From assembly GCA_041492755.1 (NCBI GenBank), contig JBGPXN010000103.1, forward strand, positions 1 through 15,241: 15,241 nt of DNA, given 5' to 3'. A program made the position numbers and the translations under genes. Shown piece by piece: positions 1 to 8,901 of the stretch. The notes under the pieces were generated by a model that saw only the letters and a list, made by a program, of their open reading frames with translations, did not search any database and was not told the origin of the DNA. This DNA comes from Candidatus Methylomirabilia bacterium (GTDB lineage: Bacteria; Methylomirabilota; Methylomirabilia; Rokubacteriales; CSP1-6). The first letter of the stretch is position 1; the number at the start of each line of letters is the position of its first letter.

Positions 1-2
1 AG

Positions 3-377
3 GCGCTAGTCGTCAACGGCGCTTACCTTCGTGAACACCCCGACGTGGTCGAGAAGGTCGTGGCCGGGCTGGTGGAAGGCATCGCCTTCAGCCTTTCGCC
101 CGCGAATAAGGATACCGTTTTGAAGACGCTCAGGGCCCACCTGAACATCTCGGTCCCCGCGGCGGTCGAGAGTGGGTATCGGGCCTTCCTTGCGAGCGTG
201 AACCGCAAGCCTTACGGTTCGGTCGCAGCGATGCAAAACGTGCAGCGAGTGATGGCGCTTAACGATCCTAAGGTGCTCAACGTGAAAGTCGAGGATCTCG
301 TCGAGGATCGCTTTGTCCGCAAGCTCGACCAGAGCGGTGTGATTGATCGGCTCTACAGCACTTACGGAGTAAAGTAA
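3..377 (+). CDS. ABC transporter substrate-binding protein, NMT1/SsuA/TauA-like, C-terminal part (5' end outside window); putative gene cassette A
   Basis: Frame is open from position 3 (ALVVNGAYLREHPDVVEKVVAGLVEG...) to TAA 375-377. 'YLREHPDVVEKVVAGLVEGIAF' and 'VEDLVEDRFVRKLDQSG' match the recalled C-terminal pattern of NMT1/SsuA-type binding proteins. An attC-like site follows 34 bp later. Confidence 0.75.
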   Translation, partial: ALVVNGAYLREHPDVVEKVVAGLVEGIAFSLSPANKDTVLKTLRAHLNISVPAAVESGYRAFLASVNRKPYGSVAAMQNVQRVMALNDPKVLNVKVEDLVEDRFVRKLDQSGVIDRLYSTYGVK

Positions 378-411
378 TCTGGTCTGTGGCAAGAGCGATG
401 TTTTGGAGCTG

Positions 412-499
412 GCCGAACAAGGGTTTGCAGTCGACGCCCTACCGCCTACGCTCCTCTGTCGCTTCGGCTTCCAGGCGCGGCTGAAACCTAGCGCCAGAC
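412..499 (+). mobile_element. Integron attC-like recombination site 1 (degenerate R')
   Basis: R'' GCCGAAC at 412-418. GGTTT(G)CAGTCG(A)CGCC pairs imperfectly with GGCGCGGCTGAAACC, leaving two extrahelical bases (G427, A434). R' position reads GCCAGAC (493-499) instead of GTTRRRY. Length 88 bp, placed just after a stop codon. Confidence 0.75.
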
Positions 500-523
500 G
501 GACATGAGGCCCATGCTCACCGT

Positions 524-1534
524 ATGAAGGTCCGATTGCTTCGCCTCATCGCGGCACTCACCGTCGGCCTCCTGATCGTTCCGCCCGCGGGTGGGGCGCA
601 GCAGTCAGGAAAGATCCCGCAGATCGCACTCCTGGTCAACTCGCCTGAGGCCGACCTAACGGGGACGACCCCGAAAGGCCGGAACGCGAGGGCATTCCTG
701 GAGGCAATGCGGGAGCTCGGCTGGGTCGATGGGCAGACCGTCACGATCGAGCGCAGATCGACGGATGGCCGACCCGATCGTGGCCAACGTCTCATCCAGG
801 AACTGGTGCGGCTCCGGGTGGACGTGATCGTGACTGTGGGCGGCTTCAATGTTCGGGCCGCGAAGCAGCTGACGACGACCATTCCCATCGTGGCAGCCGG
901 AGTCTCATTCCCGGTTGAGTCCGGATTCATCGCCAGCCTCGCTCGCCCAGGTGGCAACATCACCGGGTTGAGCTTCGAGGCCAGCGGAGATCTCACTGGC
1001 AAACGGCTCGAGCTGCTCAAGGAAGTCTCACCGAAGACCTCGCGCGTTGCCGTCATCGCCGCGACCCGCGGTCGAGGGCGCCCCTTCTTCACACCCGAAG
1101 CCGAGGCAGCGGCACGTACGCTCGGGATGATCCTGGTCGCGGCGCCCGTCGACGCCCCCGAAGAGTACGAGAAGGCATTCGCCATCATCGGGCGTGAGCG
1201 CGTCCATGCACTCTTCATCGGGCTCAGTCCCGTCGGTGCGACTCACCGACAGCCGATCCTCGACTTCGCAGCGCGAAAGAAACTACCCACCATGGGCGCG
1301 GGACGCGAGTTTGCCGCGAGCGGGGGCCTGATGGCTTACGGTCCGGACAATGCCGACCTGTTCCGGCGGGCCGCCAGCTACGTCGACAAGATCCTCAAGG
1401 GTGCCCGGCCCGCCGACCTCCCGGTCGAGCAGCCCACGAAGTTCGAGCTAGCGATTAACCTCAAAGCCGCGAGAGCGCTAAACCTGAAAATACCGAACTC
1501 GCTCCTCCTCCGGGCAGATCACGTTATCGACTGA
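524..1534 (+). CDS. ABC transporter substrate-binding protein (ABC_sub_bind / putative Trp-Tyr-binding family); gene cassette B
   Basis: 336 aa with an N-terminal signal peptide (MKVRLLRLIAALTVGLLIVPPAGGAQQ). Family motifs: 'GFIASLARPGGNITGLS', 'GKRLELLKEV', 'GGLMAYGPD', 'YVDKILKGARPADLPVEQPTKFELAINLKAARAL'. Confidence 0.9.
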   Translation: MKVRLLRLIAALTVGLLIVPPAGGAQQSGKIPQIALLVNSPEADLTGTTPKGRNARAFLEAMRELGWVDGQTVTIERRSTDGRPDRGQRLIQELVRLRVDVIVTVGGFNVRAAKQLTTTIPIVAAGVSFPVESGFIASLARPGGNITGLSFEASGDLTGKRLELLKEVSPKTSRVAVIAATRGRGRPFFTPEAEAAARTLGMILVAAPVDAPEEYEKAFAIIGRERVHALFIGLSPVGATHRQPILDFAARKKLPTMGAGREFAASGGLMAYGPDNADLFRRAASYVDKILKGARPADLPVEQPTKFELAINLKAARALNLKIPNSLLLRADHVID

Positions 1535-1589
1535 AGGCATCGGAATAACCCCATATGTCCAAGTCCTGAACCGACCAGCATGAAGGGCC

Positions 1590-1653
1590 TTCTAACTTCA
1601 GCATGCACCCGCCGGTCGGCTACGCCGCCCGCAGGTGATGCTGAGCGTTCGGC
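1590..1653 (+). mobile_element. Integron attC-like recombination site 2 (best preserved)
   Basis: R'' TTCTAAC at 1590-1596. TCAGCAT(G)CACC (1598-1609) is the reverse complement of GGTGATGCTGA (1634-1644) except for one extra base, G1605. Inner GGC-TAC-GCC hairpin. R' GTTCGGC at 1647-1653 keeps the GTT. Length 64 bp. Confidence 0.85.
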
Positions 1654-1693
1654 GCACATGCGTAGCGATAAGCAGTGGGTTTCGAGGTCGGCG

Positions 1694-2674
1694 ATGCGAG
1701 TGTCGCGCCCCGTAGTCATCCCCCTTCTGTTCGCCATCGCAATCGTGTTTGCGCCACGCGCCGCCGAGTCGCAGAGCCCAGCGGCACGCATCGGGCTCTT
1801 GGGGCCTGGCGATGGGACGAGGTTCTCGGAGATTGCCTCGGGGCTCAAAAAGGGACTCCAGGAGCAGGGGTACCGGGAAGACACGATCCAGGTCGTCGAG
1901 GGTCGCACGCGGCGCGGGGATGAGGCGAGCGCAGGGGCAACCGTGCGAGCGCTCGTCGGGCAACGTGTCACGGTGCTCTTCGTGATCGGCTCTGCTCTGG
2001 CGCGGCTCGCGCATGAGACTGCTCCGCAGCTCCCCATCGTCTTCATCACGCCTGGTGATCCCGTGGCGGCGGGGCTGGTGGCGAGTTTCGCCCATCCCGG
2101 ACGGAACATGACCGCCATGATGTTCGAGTATCCCGAACTGTCCGGAAAGCGCTTGGAGTTGCTCCGTGAACTGGCGCCGCGGGTCCGGCGAGTCCTCGTC
2201 CTGTATGACTCGCGCGACGCCTCACCCCGGCAGGGGGTCGCTGCTGCCCGCGCGGCGGCCACCGCGCTGGGAATCACGCTGGTGGAGCGTGAGGTCCACA
2301 ACGCAGAGGAGATCACCCGCGGCTTGAAGGGCCTGGACGAGGCCGATGCGTTGCTCGGCATCCCCGGCGGGGTCACCTCCGGCCACTACGAGAGGATGAT
2401 TGGGGCGGCGAACTCGAAGCAGCTTCCCAGTATCTTCCACTCGCAGACGCAGAGTACCCGCGACGCCTTGCTGACCTATGGGGCAAGCGATGTTGACGTC
2501 GCGCGGCAGGCAGCACGCATGTTGGACAAGATCCTCAAGGGTACAAATGCCGGCGACCTGCCGGTGGAACGTCCGACAAAGTTGACGCTTGGCATCAACG
2601 TCAAGACCGCCAAGGCTCTCGGGCTCACCGTCCCTCTGACGCTGCTGCTGCGGGCGGATCAGATCCTCGAGTGA
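1694..2674 (+). CDS. ABC transporter substrate-binding protein (ABC_sub_bind family); gene cassette C
   Basis: Motifs 'GDPVAAGLVASFAHPGRNMT', 'GKRLELLREL', 'DKILKGTNAGDLPVERPTKLTLGINVKTAKALGL'. Start moved from 1580 to ATG 1694: GAGG lies at 1684-1687, the start then falls after attC2, and a hydrophobic signal peptide follows directly. ATG 1658 is an alternative. Confidence 0.88.
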   Translation: MRVSRPVVIPLLFAIAIVFAPRAAESQSPAARIGLLGPGDGTRFSEIASGLKKGLQEQGYREDTIQVVEGRTRRGDEASAGATVRALVGQRVTVLFVIGSALARLAHETAPQLPIVFITPGDPVAAGLVASFAHPGRNMTAMMFEYPELSGKRLELLRELAPRVRRVLVLYDSRDASPRQGVAAARAAATALGITLVEREVHNAEEITRGLKGLDEADALLGIPGGVTSGHYERMIGAANSKQLPSIFHSQTQSTRDALLTYGASDVDVARQAARMLDKILKGTNAGDLPVERPTKLTLGINVKTAKALGLTVPLTLLLRADQILE

Positions 2675-2700
2675 GCGCCTGGCAAAACCCCGCGAGGGAC

Positions 2701-2771
2701 GCCGAACTCCACGCTGCTACGGACCGGCTGCTCGCGATCCTCACAGCCGGCCGCTGAGCGCTACGTCCGGC
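2701..2771 (+). mobile_element. Integron attC-like recombination site 3 (degenerate)
   Basis: R'' GCCGAAC at 2701-2707. CGG(A)CCGGCTG (2720-2730) pairs with CAGCCGGCCG (2744-2753), with extra base A2723. L''-like CGCTGCTA pairs imperfectly with L' CTGAGCG. R' GTCCGGC at 2765-2771 is one change from GTTCGGC. Lies 26 bp after the stop codon. Confidence 0.75.
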
Positions 2772-2928
2772 GACACGGACCGACGAGCGACGACCTCGTC
2801 GTCCATGATCAGGAGGTGCTTCGGCAGTCTGCGCGACGGCAGAGCCGGGGCGCTCCTCCACATCCTCACAACCTCGGCGCCGGAGCGCGCTCCTCGTTCT
2901 CGGTTGTTCCGGCGGCGCCAGGTGGCCG

Positions 2929-3723
2929 TCAGCGATGAGCGCGCAGGAACCCGCCGACCGCCGCGTTGTACGGGGCGGGCGTGACGGTGGGGACGAAGTG
3001 GCCGCCGCCCTCCAGGACGACGAACTTGGCGCCCGGAATGTGGTGGGCGAGCTCGTCGGAGTAGAACTGCGGCGTCACCATGTCGTCGACCGCCACGATG
3101 ATCAGGGTCGGCACGCGGATCTGGGCGAGCTGCGCGCGCCGATCATGGCGGACGATCGCGTCGATACGGCTGGCGACCACCTCGACGGGGGCCGACGCCT
3201 CCGCCGCGACCTTGTGCTGCTGCGCGAGCAGCGCATCGTTGGCGCTCACCCACGCCGGCGGCGCCAGCATGAGGATGGAGGCGCGCAGGTAGGCCTCGAC
3301 ACCGGAGGTGATCAGCGTCTCGCGACGCGCCTCGAACAGGCGGCGGAAGAACGGATCCGGCCCCGCCCACGTCGCACTCAGCACCAGGCTGCGCAGTCGG
3401 GCAGGATGCTCGATGGCGAGGACCTGACCGATGGCGCCGCCCGTCGAATGGCCGACGTAGTGCGCGGACTCGAGGCCGAGCTTGTCCATCAAGCGGATCA
3501 CGTCCTCGGCCATTTGCTCGACGGAGTACCGGATCTTGGAGTGGGTGCTCTGGCCGCAGCCGCGATGGTCGTGGGTGATGACACGGAAATAGCGCGAGAA
3601 GTCCGCGACCTGAGGCGCCCAGAACGCTCCGACCCCGCCCAGGCCCGGGACGAGCAGTAGCGGATCGCCCTTGCCCGTTTCCTCGTAGTAGAGCTCGGCG
3701 TCTCCGATGGAGATCTTCGGCAC
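2929..3723 (-). CDS. Alpha/beta hydrolase, RutD (carbamate/aminoacrylate hydrolase)-like
   Basis: 264 aa, GTG start with GGAGG RBS. Motifs 'GLGGVGAFWAPQ', 'DHRGCGQS', nucleophile elbow GHSTG, 'DDMVTP' (Asp) and 'GGGHF' (His). The cap region 'FFRRLFEARRETL..SGVEAY' resembles RutD as recalled. Confidence 0.85.
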   Translation of the reverse strand: MPKISIGDAELYYEETGKGDPLLLVPGLGGVGAFWAPQVADFSRYFRVITHDHRGCGQSTHSKIRYSVEQMAEDVIRLMDKLGLESAHYVGHSTGGAIGQVLAIEHPARLRSLVLSATWAGPDPFFRRLFEARRETLITSGVEAYLRASILMLAPPAWVSANDALLAQQHKVAAEASAPVEVVASRIDAIVRHDRRAQLAQIRVPTLIIVAVDDMVTPQFYSDELAHHIPGAKFVVLEGGGHFVPTVTPAPYNAAVGGFLRAHR

Positions 3724-3753
3724 GGTTTGCCCCTCCTTGCGTTCGTAGGGCCG

Positions 3754-4251
3754 TCAGGCCCGGGTGTCGTTCATGCCCATGGCGCGCTCGATGGCCACGA
3801 CGTCCGTGGGCCGGGCGAAGGCCGCCGGTGCCGGCTCACCAGGCTGCCGCGGCCGCCCGATCGAGGCGAAGAAGTGCTCGAGGCCCGGGGGCGTGATGAC
3901 CCACAGCATCACGAGATCGTCGGGTCCCTCGTTGACGATCTCGTGCTTGACGTCGCCGCCGAGGAAGCACGCCGTCCCCGGCACCAGCGGATGACTCGCG
4001 CCATCCACCATCACGCGCCCCCGGCCGCGGAAGCAGATCTGCAGCTCGATCTGTTCGCCATGCGAGTGCTCGCGCACGTGGCTGCCGGGCGCGATCGTCT
4101 GGTAGCCCATCGACAGCGTCTCCAAGCCCGTGTTGGCCGGCACGAGCTTGGGATCGGCGTGACCGTTCGCGGGCACCGGCTGCCAGAACGAGGGACCTTC
4201 ATCGGGCTGCATGACGACGGCGTGACCGCGGGCGCTATCGTTGGGGCTCAT
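3754..4251 (-). CDS. Cupin domain protein (cupin_2, metal-binding)
   Basis: Motifs 'EHSHGEQIELQICFRGRG' and 'GGDVKHEIVN' (HxH..E..H). Start set at ATG 4251 behind GGGAGGAG. Ends 30 bp before the hydrolase, so probably co-transcribed. Confidence 0.85.
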   Translation of the reverse strand: MSPNDSARGHAVVMQPDEGPSFWQPVPANGHADPKLVPANTGLETLSMGYQTIAPGSHVREHSHGEQIELQICFRGRGRVMVDGASHPLVPGTACFLGGDVKHEIVNEGPDDLVMLWVITPPGLEHFFASIGRPRQPGEPAPAAFARPTDVVAIERAMGMNDTRA

Positions 4252-4275
4252 GAGCTCCTCCCTCTCGGCGCCGCC

Positions 4276-4281
4276 AGTGTA
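4276..4281 (-). promoter_or_regulatory. Putative sigma70-type -10 element (TACACT) for the cupin-hydrolase operon
   Basis: TAnnnT hexamer 24 nt upstream of the cupin ATG, with the RBS in between. No clear -35. Confidence 0.4.
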
Positions 4282-4381
4282 CCGCGGGTCTCGGTCGGCA
4301 CGCACGGGCCGGCGCCACGCCTCGTCGTCGCGATGGCGTTGCCAGGATCACGCACCTGGACTAACGTTCCCTCTCGAGATC

Positions 4382-4852
4382 ATGATCGCGCCTGGTGACG
4401 GCCTCGCCCGCTTTCTTCTTGACGCCAAGCGCCGGACCTACGCCCCCCTGGGCGACGACGCTTCGGTCGCGCCCGTGCTCACGGGAACGAAGCAGCTCGA
4501 GTACCGGGACGGCGCGCTACTCTACCGCGACGTCTACGCCGGCATGGCGTACTTCGCCGGCCAGGAGATCGTGTACGACGGCGACCGGCCCATCTGGTCG
4601 ATGGCATATGCCGGCGGCGTGGTCCCGCGTGACCGGCCCGCGCCGGGCGCAATCTACCTGTTCCTCAGGAAGGCGCTCCAGCACGGGACGGTCGCGCAGC
4701 CGTATCGTGGTCCGGACGTGCTGCGTGACGGCCCGTACATCTATACGAACGCCAGCGAGGGATCGCTGGAGGGGTTCTGGGGCCACGAGCTGATCAGGGC
4801 CGACCGCGAGCTCGTGTACGAGCTGCGCTACAGCGGCGGGTTGCTGCGCTAG
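4382..4852 (+). CDS. DUF5680 domain protein
   Basis: Motifs 'FLLDAKRRTYA', 'YRDVYAGMAYFAGQEIVY', 'PIWSMAYAG', 'FLRKAL..PYRGP', 'GHELI..VYELRYSGGLL' fit the recalled DUF5680 pattern. Start moved to ATG 4382 because the ORF-track start overlaps the cupin start. Confidence 0.78.
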   Translation: MIAPGDGLARFLLDAKRRTYAPLGDDASVAPVLTGTKQLEYRDGALLYRDVYAGMAYFAGQEIVYDGDRPIWSMAYAGGVVPRDRPAPGAIYLFLRKALQHGTVAQPYRGPDVLRDGPYIYTNASEGSLEGFWGHELIRADRELVYELRYSGGLLR

Positions 4853-4858
4853 GAACAC

Positions 4859-6535
<1,677 letters not shown>

Positions 6536-6542
6536 CCGTTCA

Positions 6543-6551
6543 ATCGTAACA
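6543..6551 (-). promoter_or_regulatory. Extended -10 promoter (TG-T-TACGAT), leaderless glnS transcript
   Basis: Minus strand reads TGTTACGAT-tgaacgg-ATG: 7 nt spacing to the start codon and no SD. Confidence 0.55.
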
Positions 6552-6627
6552 TCGGAGTGGCGGGCGCCGTCTCCGGAAGGGGACATTGCGTCTGTCCGGG
6601 CCGCCGGCTACTGTGATGATCGTCGCC

Positions 6628-7194
6628 ATGCTGCCACCGCTCAAAACCAGAGACTGGACACGCGTCGAGTACGAGCGGCTCGCCGAGACCGGGGTTCTCG
6701 ACGAGGACGCCAGGGTCGAGCTTCTCGACGGGCGACTCATCGTCAGCGAGCCCCAAGGCACCCGGCACGCCACGGCGGTTGTCATGGCCCACAAGGCACT
6801 GGAGCGTGCGTTTGGCCGAGGCTTCCACGTCCGTGACCAGCTCCCGGTGGCGCTGGACGATCGGTCGGAGCCGGAGCCCGACCTCTGCGTCGTCCGCGGT
6901 CGAGCGAAGGACTATCGCGACGCCCATCCGACCTCGCCGGTCCTCGTCCTCGAGGTCGCGGACGATTCGCTCGCCCGGGATCGGCTGCGGAAAGGGCCAG
7001 CCTACGCCCGGGCCGGCATTCGCGACTACTGGATCGTCAACCTCGTGCGCGGCGTCGTCGAGGTCCGTCGCGAGCCCGTACGGGCGCCGTTGAGTGGGGG
7101 GCGCTACCGGCAGGTCCGCCTACTGAAGCGCAACGCGAGCATCAGGCCGCTCGCCGCCCCACGGCGCGTCCGCGTCGCTGACCTGCTCCCGTAA
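6628..7194 (+). CDS. Uma2 family (PD-(D/E)XK) putative endonuclease
   Basis: Motifs 'WTRVEYERLAETG', 'RVELLDGRLI', 'SEPEPDLCVV', 'LVLEVADDSLARDR..KGPAYARAGIRDYWIVNL'. Start ATG 6628 preferred; ATG 6616 is possible. Confidence 0.92.
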   Translation: MLPPLKTRDWTRVEYERLAETGVLDEDARVELLDGRLIVSEPQGTRHATAVVMAHKALERAFGRGFHVRDQLPVALDDRSEPEPDLCVVRGRAKDYRDAHPTSPVLVLEVADDSLARDRLRKGPAYARAGIRDYWIVNLVRGVVEVRREPVRAPLSGGRYRQVRLLKRNASIRPLAAPRRVRVADLLP

Positions 7195-7202
7195 CTTCGG
7201 GG

Positions 7203-8615
7203 TCACGGCAGCCGCCAGCCGGCGGGATCGGGGCGCCGTCGGTGCCAGTCGGTGGCGCGCTCGTAGGCGCGCGCGATGCGGAGCACGGTCGCCTCGTCGA
7301 ACGGCCGGCCGACGATCTGGATCGACAGCGGTAGCCCGTCGCGATTGAACCCGCACGGGACGACGACGGCGGGCAGGCCCAGCAGGTTCCACGGACTGGT
7401 GTAGCGGCTTCCCGGCCGCACCAGCGACGCGGTCGGGAAGTCTTCGAAGCGGAGCGCGGGCGTGGCCTGGCCCGGAAACACGAGCGCGTCGACCCGCTCG
7501 AGCAGTGCGGCCACCTCGCGGCCGAGCCGGGCGCGCAGCCGCTGAGCGCGTACGAGCTCCGACGCGGTGAAGAGCGCGCCCATGTGCAGCCGCGGCTTGA
7601 GCAGCTCATGGTAGTTCTTCGGGTGATCACGCAGCCCTTCGGCGTGGACGTCATACATCTCGGCGGCGAAGGCCCCCCAGATCGCGCCCGCGAGGTCGAA
7701 GGTGGGCGCGTCCACATCCTCGCCGTTGGCGCCCTGGCGCTCGAGCTCCGCGAACGCCACCAGCGCAGCCCGGCGAACGTCGTCGTGCAGTCCCGGCCAG
7801 TCCACGTAGAACCGCCGCGGCAGACCCAGACGCAGACCGCGCACGCCATTCTCCAGCGCAGCCATGTAGTCGGTCGTCCTCGCATGACGCGTGGTGGGAT
7901 CGCCGGCATCCGGGCCGGCGATCGCCTGCAGCACGATGGCGGTGTCGGTGACCGTGCGGGTCATCGGCCCCACGTGGTCGAGGGACCAGGACAACGGCAC
8001 CACGCCGCGCCGGCTCACGAGGCCGTACGTCGGCTTGAGGCCGACGATTCCGCACATCGCGGCCGGTCCGCGGATGGAGCCGCCCGTGTCCGAGCCGAGC
8101 GCGGCCGCGCACAGGCCGGCCGCGACGGCCACACCGGATCCCGAGCTCGAGCCGTTCGGCGCGCGCCGCACGTCCCAGGGGTTGCGGCCGGTCGGGAAGG
8201 GACCATCCAGGGTGGGCTGGCCGAAGGCCAGCTCGTGCATGGACAGCTTGCCGAGGATGACGGCGCCGGCCCGGACGAGCCGCTCGGTGACCGTGGCGTC
8301 GCAGGCCGGGACGCAATCCGCCATCGACTGCGAGCCAGCCGTCATGCGGACGTTGGCGACCGCGATGAGGTCCTTGAGCGCGAGCGGCACGCCGTGCAGC
8401 GGTCCGACGCGCTCGCCGCGGCGGCGCTCCGCATCGGCGGCCCGCGCGCGGGCGATGGCGTGATCGGCCATCACGGTGATGTACGACTGGAGCACGCCGT
8501 CGTAGCGCTCGATGCGTCGCAGGTAGGCCTCGGTGGCTTCGACCGAGGACACCTTGCCGGTCACGATGGCTTCGCTGAGGGCGTGGAGATCGAGCTCGCA
8601 GATGCGATCGCTCAC
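7203..8615 (-). CDS. Amidase signature family enzyme (GatA/AtzE-like amidohydrolase)
   Basis: Catalytic Lys in 'GVPLALKDL', plus 'GSSSGSG' and 'GSDTGGSIRGPAAMCGIVGLKPTYG'. GTG start at 8615 overlaps the upstream gene's TGA (GTGA coupling). Confidence 0.92.
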   Translation of the reverse strand: MSDRICELDLHALSEAIVTGKVSSVEATEAYLRRIERYDGVLQSYITVMADHAIARARAADAERRRGERVGPLHGVPLALKDLIAVANVRMTAGSQSMADCVPACDATVTERLVRAGAVILGKLSMHELAFGQPTLDGPFPTGRNPWDVRRAPNGSSSGSGVAVAAGLCAAALGSDTGGSIRGPAAMCGIVGLKPTYGLVSRRGVVPLSWSLDHVGPMTRTVTDTAIVLQAIAGPDAGDPTTRHARTTDYMAALENGVRGLRLGLPRRFYVDWPGLHDDVRRAALVAFAELERQGANGEDVDAPTFDLAGAIWGAFAAEMYDVHAEGLRDHPKNYHELLKPRLHMGALFTASELVRAQRLRARLGREVAALLERVDALVFPGQATPALRFEDFPTASLVRPGSRYTSPWNLLGLPAVVVPCGFNRDGLPLSIQIVGRPFDEATVLRIARAYERATDWHRRRPDPAGWRLP

Positions 8616-8779
8616 GCCCAGGGCTCCTCGTCCATGGCGGGCACCGCGTTGCGAAGCGCGTCGCGAAGCGGCAGGTGCTCGACCCACATCGCGTAGAGCA
8701 GCTCGTCGTCCCGTCCCGACAGGGCGAGGCCGGCGCGGCGCAGCTCCTCGTCGAACCGGGCGCGCAGATCGTCCGTCAT
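8612..8779 (-). CDS. Small 55-aa protein, putative AtzG/GatC-like amidase accessory subunit
   Basis: ATG 8779 with strong AGGAGG RBS (8790-8785). Sequence MTDDLRARFDEELRRAGLALSGRDDELLYAMWVEHLPLRDALRNAVPAMDEEPWA. Its stop overlaps the amidase start. A TAGGAT -10 candidate lies at 8829-8824. Confidence 0.7.
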   Translation of the reverse strand: MTDDLRARFDEELRRAGLALSGRDDELLYAMWVEHLPLRDALRNAVPAMDEEPWA

Positions 8780-8888
8780 TGCTACCTCCTGGAGGCGGTC
8801 ACCGCCGAGCCACCGCGCTTCGCATCCTAGCCGAGTTTCACATGGGGGACCCCGACATGGCCCCAACGCTCCTCGATTCCGCCCGGTG

Positions 8889-8894
8889 TAGACT
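8889..8894 (+). promoter_or_regulatory. -10 element TAGACT, leaderless CoA-transferase transcript
   Basis: TAGACT-cgggccc-ATG(8902): 7 nt spacing and no SD. Confidence 0.5.
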
Positions 8895-8901
8895 CGGGCC
8901 C

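Noticed and set aside
1580..1693. ORF-track N-terminal extension of the second ABC_sub_bind gene (MKGLLTSACTRR...)
   Set aside because: It runs through attC2 and precedes the signal peptide. ATG 1694 has an RBS and fits the family start.
4330..4344. Sigma54 -24/-12-like motif on the minus strand (TGGCAACGCCATCGC) upstream of the cupin-hydrolase operon
   Set aside because: The GG-N10-GC spacing is right but the match is weak (no TTGC), such matches are common at high GC, and a TACACT -10 lies closer to the gene.
7203..8615. Calling the amidase gatA
   Set aside because: No gatB is adjacent, glnS is present, and only generic amidase-signature motifs are recognisable.
8533..8901. 123-codon N-terminal extension making the CoA-transferase ORF 917 aa
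   Set aside because: Arg/Pro-rich antisense read-through overlapping the amidase and the small protein. Family homology begins at ATG 8902.
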